Shown here: positions 1 through 9,458 of the stretch, one piece after another | How the letters are laid out: each line of letters begins with the position of its first letter | Numbering within the stretch: the stretch's first letter is position 1 | DNA from: Octopus sinensis | Lineage: Eukaryota | Length of the DNA: 17,402 nt | Assembly (NCBI RefSeq): GCF_006345805.1 | Contig: NW_021824817.1 | Span: forward strand, 1-17,402 | Reading direction: 5' to 3' | The notes under the pieces: generated by a model | Databases searched by the model: none | Seen by the model: the letters and a program-made list of their open reading frames with translations, nothing else | Told to the model about the DNA's origin: nothing | Position numbers and translations under genes: made by a program

Positions 1-431
1 CCACAGATTTGCTTGTCAGTTGTTTGACATTAACCATTTGAGCATGTCCTTTGGTGGCTGACGATACGTGCATCTCTGATCACGAGCAGAAGAAGTGGGG
101 AAGCATCATAACCATGTGTTGAGAGGGATTCTTTGGGGTTTGGATAATTCCCCTTCGGAAACATGGGTGGTTCGTTCAACATCCTTAAACAATCCTTATT
201 CAGGGACCTTTTGAGCGAGATGCGTTTCTCGACCAGAAGAAAATTCTAACTGGGCCCCACCTACAAGGTCATGTGCTGTTTATCTTGATATGAGATCGCT
301 GTGTCGCGCACATACGGTTGTGATGCATGTGCCTGGTGTACTCTTATCAGACGAGTAGTCATGATGGGTATACTGGGCTTCGTATATTTTACCCCAGTGT
401 CACTTTGATGGCATGTACTCCTCTCTCACTC
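1..431 (+). mobile_element. (AAT)n-tailed interspersed repeat, copy 1 (cut by window start); probable non-autonomous retroelement
   Basis: 270-431 is near-identical to 680-840 and to 14365-14525 (minus); all three copies end in ...CTCTCTCACTC (variant in copy 3) followed by (AAT)n. Confidence 0.75.
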
Positions 432-441
432 AATAATAATG

Positions 442-500
<59 letters not shown>

Positions 501-561
501 AATGATAATAATTGTAATAATAATAATAATAATGATAATAATAATAATAATAATAATAATA

Positions 562-619
<58 letters not shown>
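432..619. repeat. (AAT)n microsatellite with GAT/TGT/AGT interruptions
   Basis: Direct reading; explains the poly-N and poly-I ORFs 327-626 and 439-702. Confidence 0.98.
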
Positions 620-858
620 GCCCTAGCAGTACCAGGCAGTGGCTATGCCCTGATTCAGTAACTGATTGGAAGTGTTATCATGTACTGTTTATCTTGATAT
701 GAGATCACCGTGTCGCGCACATATGGCTGTGATGCATGTGCCTAGTGTACCCTTATCAGACGGGTAGTCATGATGGGTATACTGGGCTTCGTATATTTTA
801 CCCCAGTGTCACTTTGATGGCATGCTTTACTCTCTCACTCAATAATAATAATAATAAT
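620..858 (+). mobile_element. (AAT)n-tailed repeat, copy 2, sitting inside the AAT tract
   Basis: 680-840 duplicates 270-431; about 60 bp of different sequence at its 5' side (620-679); flanked by (AAT)n on both sides (432-619, 841-858). Confidence 0.75.
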
Positions 859-963
859 CCGAAGGCATCATCGAAAGTGATAATGCAAAGATACTGTGGG
901 ATTTTATGATTCAGTGCGACCATGAGATAGAGAATAGGAAGCCAGACAGTCTTAATTAAGAAA
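859..963 (+). pseudogene. R4/Dong-clade non-LTR retrotransposon fragment, start of restriction-like endonuclease domain
   Basis: Frame from 861 translates EGIIESDNAKILWDFMIQCDHEIENRKPD, then after a small deletion VLIKK; matches the KILWDFxIQxDxxIxxRxPDIV motif typical of R4/Dong RLE. Not in the ORF track. Confidence 0.8.
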
Positions 964-1064
964 GTCAATGATCTAATAACTAGAAACATTATTTCTAAAT
1001 CTCTCAATGATATTAGGTAACAGTTCTTTAAAGTAAAAACTATTTGCCAACATAACGTGGCTGT

Positions 1065-1220
1065 CTCTGACCATCTGCGCACGAGGGATTCTGTGACCGA
1101 CTGTGCATGCGCGAGTGTCTAACCGACTGCTCATATTCAAGTTTCTGACCATCTGCACATGCGCGAGATTTTGATCGTCTGTTTATGTGCAAGTCTCTGT
1201 CCATTGCGCATGCGCGAGTG
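1065..1220. repeat. Degenerate minisatellite, about 6 units of 25-27 bp
   Basis: Units resembling TCTGACCATCTGCGCATGCGCGAGT begin near 1065, 1091, 1118, 1144, 1171 and 1196. Confidence 0.7.
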
Positions 1221-1401
1221 TGGGTCAGACATTCATGCGTGCACAGGCAGTATGAGACTCGGCCATGCGCAGAGTGTCAAAGATTGGCGTATATACAGAC
1301 GGACAGATACAGATTCCTTGTATGTCTCCACTGTCCTGTTTTTGTTCCCAACTTTGACCCTCCATAAATCCAAAATCTAATTTTGGAAGTTATGGGAGCA
1401 A

Positions 1402-1596
1402 CTGTCTTCGAAGACTCATATTGTCATTGGATGCTCGAAATAAGGAGTAGATAGACAGCCGACAACGGATGAATGGTCCTTCTTTGTGTTACTTGTCCTG
1501 TTTTCCATTTTTTCTCTCGTTGTTTGCGTATTTAACTCGTTTGTTTTCAAACGTCTAGTTTACATTTGGTGACGCCCTGCACCCATACATGCCTAT

Positions 1597-1600
<4 letters not shown>
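1402..1600 (+). mobile_element. Short TA-terminated interspersed repeat, related to 3258-3450
   Basis: Shared block GCTCGAAA..GTAGA.A.ACAGCC.ACAAC.GATGAA.GGT..CTTGTC.TGTTTTCCATTT, then a T-rich tail ending in (TA)n-like sequence. Confidence 0.55.
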
Positions 1601-1630
<30 letters not shown>

Positions 1631-1955
1631 CACACACAAAAATGTAAGATCCTGGAATCGAGGTGTAGGAAGAAAGGTAGCTTTAAGCAATCCGTTGTAA
1701 ATCTGAAAAAAAAAACAGGGACGCCAACAGTGGTCTATTGAGACGGAACGTCTATTTTCGTATCGAAGAACGATAAGGTGAAAAAAGTCATCTTTGTATT
1801 CCACGGTAGGCGTTCCGGGTATGCGAATACGAATACAAGGGTTTCAGAATTTGAATGAATCTTCTTTCCGTCAATATGTACCTCCTTGAAACAATGTAGC
1901 CTTTAATCTAATCAAGAGATCCTTGGTCCGAACAGCAAACGGCAGTATATACTTT

Positions 1956-2024
1956 CACACACACACTCTCTCTCTCCCACGCACACACACATGCACATAC
2001 ACACACATGTATATACATATACAT

Positions 2025-2073
<49 letters not shown>

Positions 2074-2540
2074 CGTATACATGTAAGCATACGCATACAT
2101 ATTTATTCATATACTTATGTACACACACACATAGAAGCATGCACACATATGCATATACATATACATAGATGTATACATACATGTAAACATACGCACATAT
2201 ATTTATATTTATATATCCATGTACACACTAACACACAAACATACACAGACGCACACACACATGTATATACATATAAATGCTTATATATACATACATGTAA
2301 ACACGCACATATATTTATTCATATATCACATACACGCACACAAAGACACGCAGACATATATATATATATATATAAATATACATATATATATACATACATA
2401 TAAGTATATACACACACATGTATATACATATACATATTCATACATCTAAATATACACACATATTTATTCATATATCTATGTACGCACTCTCACACACAGA
2501 GATATATATAATATATATATTCATAAATATATATATATAT
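1956..2540. repeat. Compound (CA)/(TA)/(TACA) low-complexity tract with 4 diverged higher-order units
   Basis: ATACATGTAAACA..CACATATATTTATTCATATA-like block recurs near 2077, 2176, 2291 and 2440. Confidence 0.8.
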
Positions 2541-3089
2541 GAAAAATTCAATAAGAGATATTAAGGTGGGCGGAAAGTATGAGATGAATTTAGTAATTTT
2601 AGCTTGCTGTCAATGTGTGGTTGTAATTGCGATTTGAGTGTTTGAGGGTGAGAAAGTCTTTAAGTAATTGTATATAGGGAATAAAAGATTCTATATATAG
2701 TAGGTAATTTATTGTAGATAAAATGGGTTTGTTGGAATACGGGGATATGACTCATATTTCTTAATCGAAAATTATGGTCATTTAAAGATGAAATAGGAAG
2801 GTATGTCAAAAGAATGCATACATATATATGTGTGTATTTGTGTGAATATGTGTGTGTGTGTGTGTTGGTGTGTTAATGTTTGGCTGTTCCGCCATTCTTG
2901 TGTGAGTAAACAGTAAATTGGCGGAAAGGATTCAATATATTTCTAATCAAGGTAATTTGAACGAGTAAAGGTAAACATAGCTTTTTGCACATTTAATAAA
3001 AGCGATACACGCTATATACGTTTATGAATGTTATAATGTAAAAATAAATGAAAGGTTCGTATTAAAAAAAAAAGACATATCCACGAATA

Positions 3090-3253
3090 GACGTAGAAGT
3101 GGCTGTGTGGTAAGAAGCTTGCTTTCCACCCACGCGGTTTCGGGTTCAGTCCCACTGCGTGGCAACTTGGACAAGTGTCTTCTACTATAGCTTCGGGCCG
3201 ACCAGAGCCTTGTGAGTAGATATGATAGGCGGAAACTGAAAGAAGCCCGTCGT
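3090..3253 (+). mobile_element. tRNA-derived SINE (family A), 5' head
   Basis: A-box-like TGGCTGTGTGG (3100) and B-box-like GGTTCAGTCC (3143); homologous to 9683-9845 on the minus strand. Confidence 0.85.
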
Positions 3254-3257
3254 GAAT

Positions 3258-3450
3258 TGCTCGAAACACGATGTAGAAAAACAGCCAACAACTGATGAAG
3301 GGTAGTTTTTTCTTGTTGCTTGTCTTGTTTTCCATTTGTTTCTTTCGTTGTTCGGAAAAATAGTTCGTATTCCATATTATTTCGTATTTCATGTTGTTTT
3401 TGTATTTCATGTTGTTTATTTTCCGTGTTGTCCTATGCCAATATATGGAT
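3258..3450 (+). mobile_element. Short TA-terminated interspersed repeat, related to 1402-1600
   Basis: Shared block with 1430-1510; contains GCTCGAAAC and CTGATGAAGGG. Confidence 0.55.
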
Positions 3451-3550
3451 GTATATACAAATATATGTATATACATATATATGTGTATGTATGCATATAC
3501 ATTTATATTATTATACAATTAAACGCCACGCATCCATTTCCAAGTAAGTT

Positions 3551-3645
3551 TTGACTGCAGCCATGCTGGAGCACTGCCTTTACTCGAAGAAATCATCACC
3601 AGGACTTATTCTTTGTAAGCCTAGTACTTATTCTATCAGTATCTT
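3551..3645 (-). mobile_element. SINE family A 3' tail fragment
   Basis: Matches 3900-3990 and 9490-9570 (CATGCTGGAGCAC...AGGACTTATTCTTTGTAAGCCTAGTACTTATTCTATC). Confidence 0.8.
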
Positions 3646-3659
3646 ATATATGATTTCTG

Positions 3660-3742
3660 CGAGTAAAGGCAGTGCTCCAGCATAGCAGTGCTCTAGCATG
3701 GCTGCTGTCAAATGACTGATACAAGTAAAAGAATGAAAGAAA
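3660..3742 (+). mobile_element. SINE family A 3' terminal fragment
   Basis: GTGCTC.AGCATGGCTGCTGTCAAATGACTGATACAAGTAAAAGAATGAAAGAA, reverse complement of the tail seen at 3870-3925. Confidence 0.8.
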
Positions 3743-3854
3743 AATAATAAATAAGTTTTCCCACTTGATAAGAAAAAAATCTATAAATAAAACAAACAAA
3801 ACACCACGCACTATACTAATGAATATCTAATTATCTGTATTATTCTGTCAAACT

Positions 3855-4088
3855 TTTTCATTCTTTCATTCTTTTATTCTTTTACTTGTTTCAGTCATTT
3901 GACTACGGTCATGCTGGAGCACCGCGTTTAGTCGAACAAATCGACCTCAGGACTTATTCTTTGTAAGCCTAGCACTTATTCTATCGGTCTGTCTTGTCAA
4001 ACCACTAAGTTACGGGGACGTAAATACCAACATCGGTTGCCAAGTGATGGGGGTGGTGGTGGTGGTGGGGCAAATACAGACACACAAA
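3855..4088 (-). mobile_element. SINE family A 3' half
   Basis: Aligns along its length with 9459-9660, ending in a simple-repeat tail. Confidence 0.85.
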
Positions 4089-4296
4089 TCCATCACCCAT
4101 CCACCCCCATCCATCCATCCATCCATACATACATATATACATACATGGACACACACACACACACATATATGTACATTTATAATAATAATGAAATGACAAC
4201 AAAAGAATATATACTATACATATATAAAAATGTTTTGCATGTATAGTATAGGACCATCAGTATTATGATAACTTAATGATTGTCCTATACCATACA

Positions 4297-4332
<36 letters not shown>

Positions 4333-4425
4333 TATACATACACACACACATATATATATATCATTCGCCATGATAGATCGCTAGCCACTACACATTCTTT
4401 ACTCTCCTTGTTTCTTTCTGTGTTC

Positions 4426-4461
4426 CTTTCTGTGGAAGAGCGTAGGCTCGAAACGTTAAAG
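4426..4461 (+). ncRNA. Minimal type I hammerhead-like motif (core variant) in a ~190-bp TA-flanked element (4362-4550)
   Basis: CTTT-CTGTGGA-A-GAGC(GTAG)GCTC-GAAAC-GTT-AAAG: stem I CTTT/AAAG, stem II GAGC/GCTC, palindromic ACGT stem III; A6 of CUGANGA replaced by U. Confidence 0.6.
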
Positions 4462-4553
4462 ACTTTTTCACTTCCCGAGCGTTATACTAATACATCTGTT
4501 TGTTGTCTACACCACCTGTCTTCGTCTTTTGTGTTTTTGTGAATTCTTCCTAT

Positions 4554-4607
<54 letters not shown>

Positions 4608-5363
4608 ATCAAAGGAAGGAAAGAAAGAACAAGGGAAATTTCAAAAGCAGTAACTTTTTATGGCAAAAGAAATTAAATTTCCCGTATTTATGAATTAAAA
4701 ATGTGTAAGCAAAAGTAGAAAGAGTGCTGAATACCTATGATAAATGGGTAAAACGAGGAAAATGCGATTCATTGAAAGGAATTTTTGTCACCACAAAGGA
4801 AAACGATGACTGGCTGTGCAGTGAGGATAGGTAATATTAGATTCAAATTGAAAGCAAGGGACAGGCTGGGTATGCAACTGGAAAGGCAGCCAGTTCCAAA
4901 ACCATCCATCCATCTAAAAGAAGAAAAGCTGAATTTTCAGATATACTATTTCTGCATTGTATTGAGTCAGTACACCATTGTTGGTAAAAATTTGAGCAGG
5001 CGTTATGAACCCCACCACCTAAAATTTTGCATGATTTCGTTCAAAAGTGGTGATCGATTTCTTAATTTGGAAGTGACGTTTTTTTCAAATAAAGCAAAAT
5101 AAATTTTAGTTTCCTGACTTTTATGAAATTATTCATCGAATTACAGTATAGAATTATTAGGTTGTGAAAAAGTCATAACTCTAATACATATATATATATA
5201 TATCAAATTTCACAATATATAATATATGTATAAAATTTAGAGAAAAACCTATTAAACAATTCAATAAAGAAAGATGTTATTCACACCATATAGAAAACAT
5301 ATACTATAAAAAACCTTATTCTAAAAATCAATAAAGTACAATAAATAGTAAATAGTAGTAAAA

Positions 5364-5482
5364 AGACTACGCACGTTTCATGGCTATATTTTCAAATAGA
5401 TAGTAATGATAAAATCAATTCGATTTAAATTAAATCGGACTAAAATTAATTCTATTTAAAAATATAGTCACTCATCTGTTCT
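5364..5482 (-). ncRNA. Type I hammerhead-like motif with long stem II, in a TA-flanked element (~5230-5640)
   Basis: Minus strand: AGAA-CAGATGA-G-TGACTATATTTTTAAATAGA...TCTATTTGAAAATATAGCCA-T-GAAAC-GTGC-GTA-GTCT; 20-bp stem with one mismatch; U4 of core replaced by A. Confidence 0.65.
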
Positions 5483-5642
5483 AAGATAATAAATAATAAA
5501 AAAATAACAACAGAATAAATATAATTATCTTAAATTATGCTAATTATCAAATAAATATATAAAAAAATACGTCTATTAACTATAAATAATCGAAAAATAT
5601 TTAGCAATATTTCTTAAAATAAAAATATAACCTATCATATAA

Positions 5643-5643
<1 letters not shown>

Positions 5644-5695
<52 letters not shown>

Positions 5696-6096
5696 ATAAA
5701 AATGGGACATGGCGATCGTTGTATTCTTTCTTGTTTCGAGGTTCAAAGCCAAACGGCTGGGTGGATTCACATGAAAAATGGCACACATGTAGAGATGGGT
5801 GTATAGATAGGAATGAAATTTGCATTTTTCCTAGCCCCCATACTTACCGAGAAGATCGATTAAAACTTTTTTCTAATGGAATTCCCCTCTTTCTTCAGCA
5901 ATTAAAACAACCAGTTGCTTAGAAGCTGTTTTCTGACGGGGTGGAGCCAGGAAACTTTCATACAGCTAGAGGCTCCAATCGAAACAGGGGACCCAAAATG
6001 ATAAGGTTGAGAAATGCTGTTATAGATTATGCTTAATCAAAAACGATCACGGCCACATCATCCAAACAGACCGGGTGAAACCGGGCTTAGCTGCTA

Positions 6097-6097
<1 letters not shown>
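5644..6097 (+). mobile_element. Non-autonomous Helitron
   Basis: 3' end CCGGGTGAAACCGGG hairpin then CTAG (6094-6097) followed by T; 5' end CTATATA..ATAATAAAAATG; internal AAACGGCTGGGTGGATTCACATGAAAAATGGCACA resembles the motif common in invertebrate non-autonomous Helitrons. Canonical 5' TC not cleanly present. Confidence 0.65.
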
Positions 6098-6147
<50 letters not shown>

Positions 6148-6360
6148 AAAAGGTTGAGTTCTATTTCATTTTTTACTTTGTGCGGTTCCAAAGTTAGATT
6201 TCTAATACAGAGTCTTCATATTAAATTGGTCGCTTACTATTGTAAGTATTTTTCGAATATGAAAATGTTACAAGTATAAAGTGTGTTATCCTATATAAAC
6301 TCAACAAACAATTAAAGATAGAGAAGAAGGGTGTTAAAAGTTTTATAAAATTTTAATCCA

Positions 6361-6477
6361 TGCATACGATCGTTTCGAGCGGTAATATTAATATGTAAGA
6401 AACATGGAAAAAGTTAAGAATTAATTTAATTATAATTACAATTAAATTAATTAAGTATTACCGTTCTTCTCAGTGCA
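6361..6477 (-). ncRNA. Type I hammerhead-like motif with long stem II, in a TA-flanked element (~6145-6780)
   Basis: Minus strand: TGCA-CTGAGA-A-GAACGGTAATA...TATTACCGCTC-GAAAC-GATC-GTA-TGCA; stem I TGCA/TGCA, 11-bp stem II with one mismatch, palindromic ACGATCGT stem III; core 1 nt short of CTGANGAA. Confidence 0.7.
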
Positions 6478-6815
6478 AAAGAAGAATACATGAAAAAGAA
6501 TACATCAGAAGAAAATTATATTGTCACAGAAGACAAGATGGAGTGAGTGTCATATAACATGTTTGGATATTAATAATATGCTTATGAAATGCGAAAGATA
6601 AAAACATGCTTAGGTAGTGTTGAGTTTAGATGTGTAAGAACTATAACTGATGTGGCTAACGGATATTTGGAAATATAAGTGAAAAATGTTTAAGAAACAT
6701 TCTCTCTATTAAGTAATAAAGTAATATACATTCCAATAAAGCATATATCGTAAGAAGTAAAATATAATATGTATGTATATACATACATACATACATACAT
6801 ACATACATACATACA

Positions 6816-6860
<45 letters not shown>

Positions 6861-7341
6861 TTATATATATATACATACATACATACATATATGTGTGTAT
6901 ATATATACATGCATATATATAAGTGTTTGTATAAAATAAATAAGTGTCCAATGGGACAGCATAACTATATTTAAATTTATATATGATTTGACAGTTATGA
7001 GTGGTATATAATGAAAATAATGAAAATAAATTATGGTGTATATTAAAAAGAAATTATTTAAAAAAAATCCTAGAATAAGAAATAAATCGTTTGTATAATT
7101 TTATATAAGTTACTTGAGATTTAAATGACAAAAAAATTTAGCGTTGTGAGGGAGAAATTTTTAGGTTAATACAACGGGAAAACAAGATTTGTTATTAGTT
7201 AAAAAGCGTTATATTCGTTTGTATGAAATAAGTCTAAGAGGAAAGACAATAAAAATTAAAATATTATAGAGTTGAGAAAGACAATATTGAAAGAAATTAC
7301 TGAACAACCCCTAAAAAAACAAAGACAATATTAAAAACCCA

Positions 7342-7430
7342 CAAGTACTGGGGACGACTGAACTTTTTAGCGTGTTGACCAGCATGGCCGCTGTTCAATA
7401 ACTGAAACAAGTAAAAGATATAAAGATAAA
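7342..7430 (+). mobile_element. Diverged SINE 3' tail fragment
   Basis: CCAGCATGGCCGCTGTTCAATAACTGAAACAAGTAAAAGATA matches the family A terminus. Confidence 0.65.
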
Positions 7431-7437
7431 TGATACA

Positions 7438-8044
7438 CAGGGTGCGATGGGTAAATTGCCGCCATCTTATATTTTTAATTTCGTGCATGCGCATCGCTTG
7501 TTTTGGATTTTGTCGACTACACAGTATAGTAGGGTCTGTTGGGCACGTCTGTGAGAAAAGCGGCGTCATGACGCAACTCACTCTGCTAGAAATTTGGAAA
7601 CGACATGCTGTACCACTTGGCTTTCGCGTCATACCACATAAGCAGGAGAACCCATCATGTCTGTCAGACAATTTCTATGACCGCATCACCCCTAACATCT
7701 GGTCATCTACCTCCTCTGACTGCAACCTCCTTGACTATTATGGTTAGGGTGCAGTTGAGCGAGAGACCAACAAAACTCCTTGTAACACCAAAGGTGAACT
7801 GAAGGCAAAGATTCTAGCTGCATTCACCAACTTAAACAAAGTGGCTGCCCAGAAGAGTTGTAGGAGATTCTGTGGTCTGGAGACCGTGGTTGAGGACAAT
7901 GGCGATTTTATTGAATAGATTTACTCTTTAGTATTTCAAGATATTTTTTTTCTGTAATTCTGGTAAATTTATCTGTTAAAATGGGATATCAGTGATATTT
8001 TTATTTTTGCGTAATCTAGACGACAGTTTATTCACCGCACACTG
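7438..8044 (+). mobile_element. Internally deleted Tc1/mariner-superfamily transposon (maT/DD37D-like)
   Basis: Imperfect TIRs CAGGGTGCGATGGGTAAATTGCCGCC vs (rc) CAGTGTGCGGTGAATAAACTGTCGTC, TA at the right end; 7650-7918 encodes decayed transposase C-terminus ITPNIWSSTSSDCNLLDYYG*GAVERETNKTPCNTKGELKAKI...VVEDNGDFIE* (cf. WPPxSPDLNPLDY motif). Confidence 0.85.
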
Positions 8045-8094
8045 TATACAGCAGATCATTTGGTCGCTTTAAGACTAACTATTTGTACTATTCA

Positions 8095-8290
8095 ACACTA
8101 GGTCTGCTCTGATTAAGTAGATTTTGATCAAGGTCAATCAAAACATGGCCGTCTCGTTTCTTTTGTCTATATTTGAGTGAATATATTGTCCAGTGTATCT
8201 ATCTCCATTTTTTTGAACACGATTGATGTGATTTGATGAATGTTTGGTTGGTATTTCTAGCAGAACGAGCGACCATATCAAAGACTATTG
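8095..8290 (+). repeat. Old interspersed repeat, weakly related to 15738-15793 (minus)
   Basis: 8095-8150 aligns loosely by eye with the reverse complement of 15738-15793. Confidence 0.3.
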
Positions 8291-8419
8291 CATAGAGTCT
8301 AGTTTCTATGTAAAATACTTTTAGTAATTTATTAGATTAAGGCAGCTTTTATTGTAGGGCGAAATTAGCAGATAATATGGTTTGTGTGGAGGGGCAAAAT
8401 TAAACGATAAAGAGGAGGC

Positions 8420-8769
8420 AAACACGCGCGCGCACAAACACGGAGATACACATATACACCCACACACAAATGCGCACATATACGTGCACAAACGCACAAA
8501 TGCTTACACACATAAACAGACGTAACCAAACATACACACATGCACACATATTAACACCCACACCCACACACATACACATATATGTGCATATACATCTGCA
8601 TGCATAAATGCCTGTATATAGGTATACACTATATGTGCCTATATGCGTATATATATGTTATTGAATATTAAATACAAAATACGCACTCGCACAGGAACAC
8701 GCACACGCAGTATATGAGATACTTACATACACGCATGCACATATACATACGTATATATATATATATAAT

Positions 8770-8812
<43 letters not shown>

Positions 8813-9076
8813 ATGCGCGCGTGTGTGTGTAAACACATACATATGCACACTCATACACACCACACATATATATATTTATTATGTATATCTATCTATAAAT
8901 GTATGTATGTCAGCACGTCGTGATACACCCCTCACACACATACGCACACACATACTCAATACATACACACACAGGGACATATCTCTAAGATGGTGAAAGG
9001 TAAGTGGATAAGAAAAAAGAAAAGGAGAAAGAGAGAGAGAGAGGGAGAGATAGATAGATTGAGAGAGAGAAATGGG

Positions 9077-9148
<72 letters not shown>
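8420..9148. repeat. Compound (CA)n/(TA)n/(GA)n low-complexity tract
   Basis: Direct reading. Confidence 0.9.
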
Positions 9149-9152
<4 letters not shown>

Positions 9153-9458
9153 AACGAATAATGAGGGATTTCTGAAATGTATGGCGGTAATAATGGGAAT
9201 TGACCGCTAAACTCCATATTTAGATAAATGCTGAAGGCAAATAGTTGCGGTCCTCAATTTAATGAAAAGTTTAAGTTATAGAGATAATGTAGGTAACTAA
9301 TGTGAAAGCTAGGAATATGTAAGTAAATTTCGAGTGCTTAGGTGAAATTTAAGTGAATAATAAGTTTTGAAGTGTCTGACGGTAAAAGGTATAAAGGATA
9401 TTTGAATATTATGGCGTTGAGTTAAATTAATGCGATTGCCAAGCGATACGGTATATTA

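Noticed and set aside
327-702. Poly-Asn and poly-Ile ORFs
   Set aside because: Translation of the (AAT)n microsatellite; the same applies to the YI, CV, HT, YLSI and MYVC ORFs throughout the window
745-790. CTGATAAG on the minus strand of the AAT-tailed repeat as a hammerhead core
   Set aside because: Not CUGANGA and no properly placed GAAA or stems
1065-1220. CRISPR-like repeat array
   Set aside because: Units are contiguous and degenerate with no unique spacers; eukaryotic context, no cas genes
1640-1950. Possible exon or Penelope GIY-YIG C-terminal remnant (minus frame ..TERRFIQILKP..)
   Set aside because: Match too short, frames interrupted by stops, no diagnostic motif; needs BLASTX
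3012-3518. 168-aa and 114-aa ORFs on the minus strand
   Set aside because: Antisense read-through of a SINE head and adjacent repeat
4785-5180. 105-aa ORF and a mariner-TIR-like TATTAGGTTGTGAAAAAGTCAT at ~5155
   Set aside because: No recognisable domain, and no partner TIR found in the window
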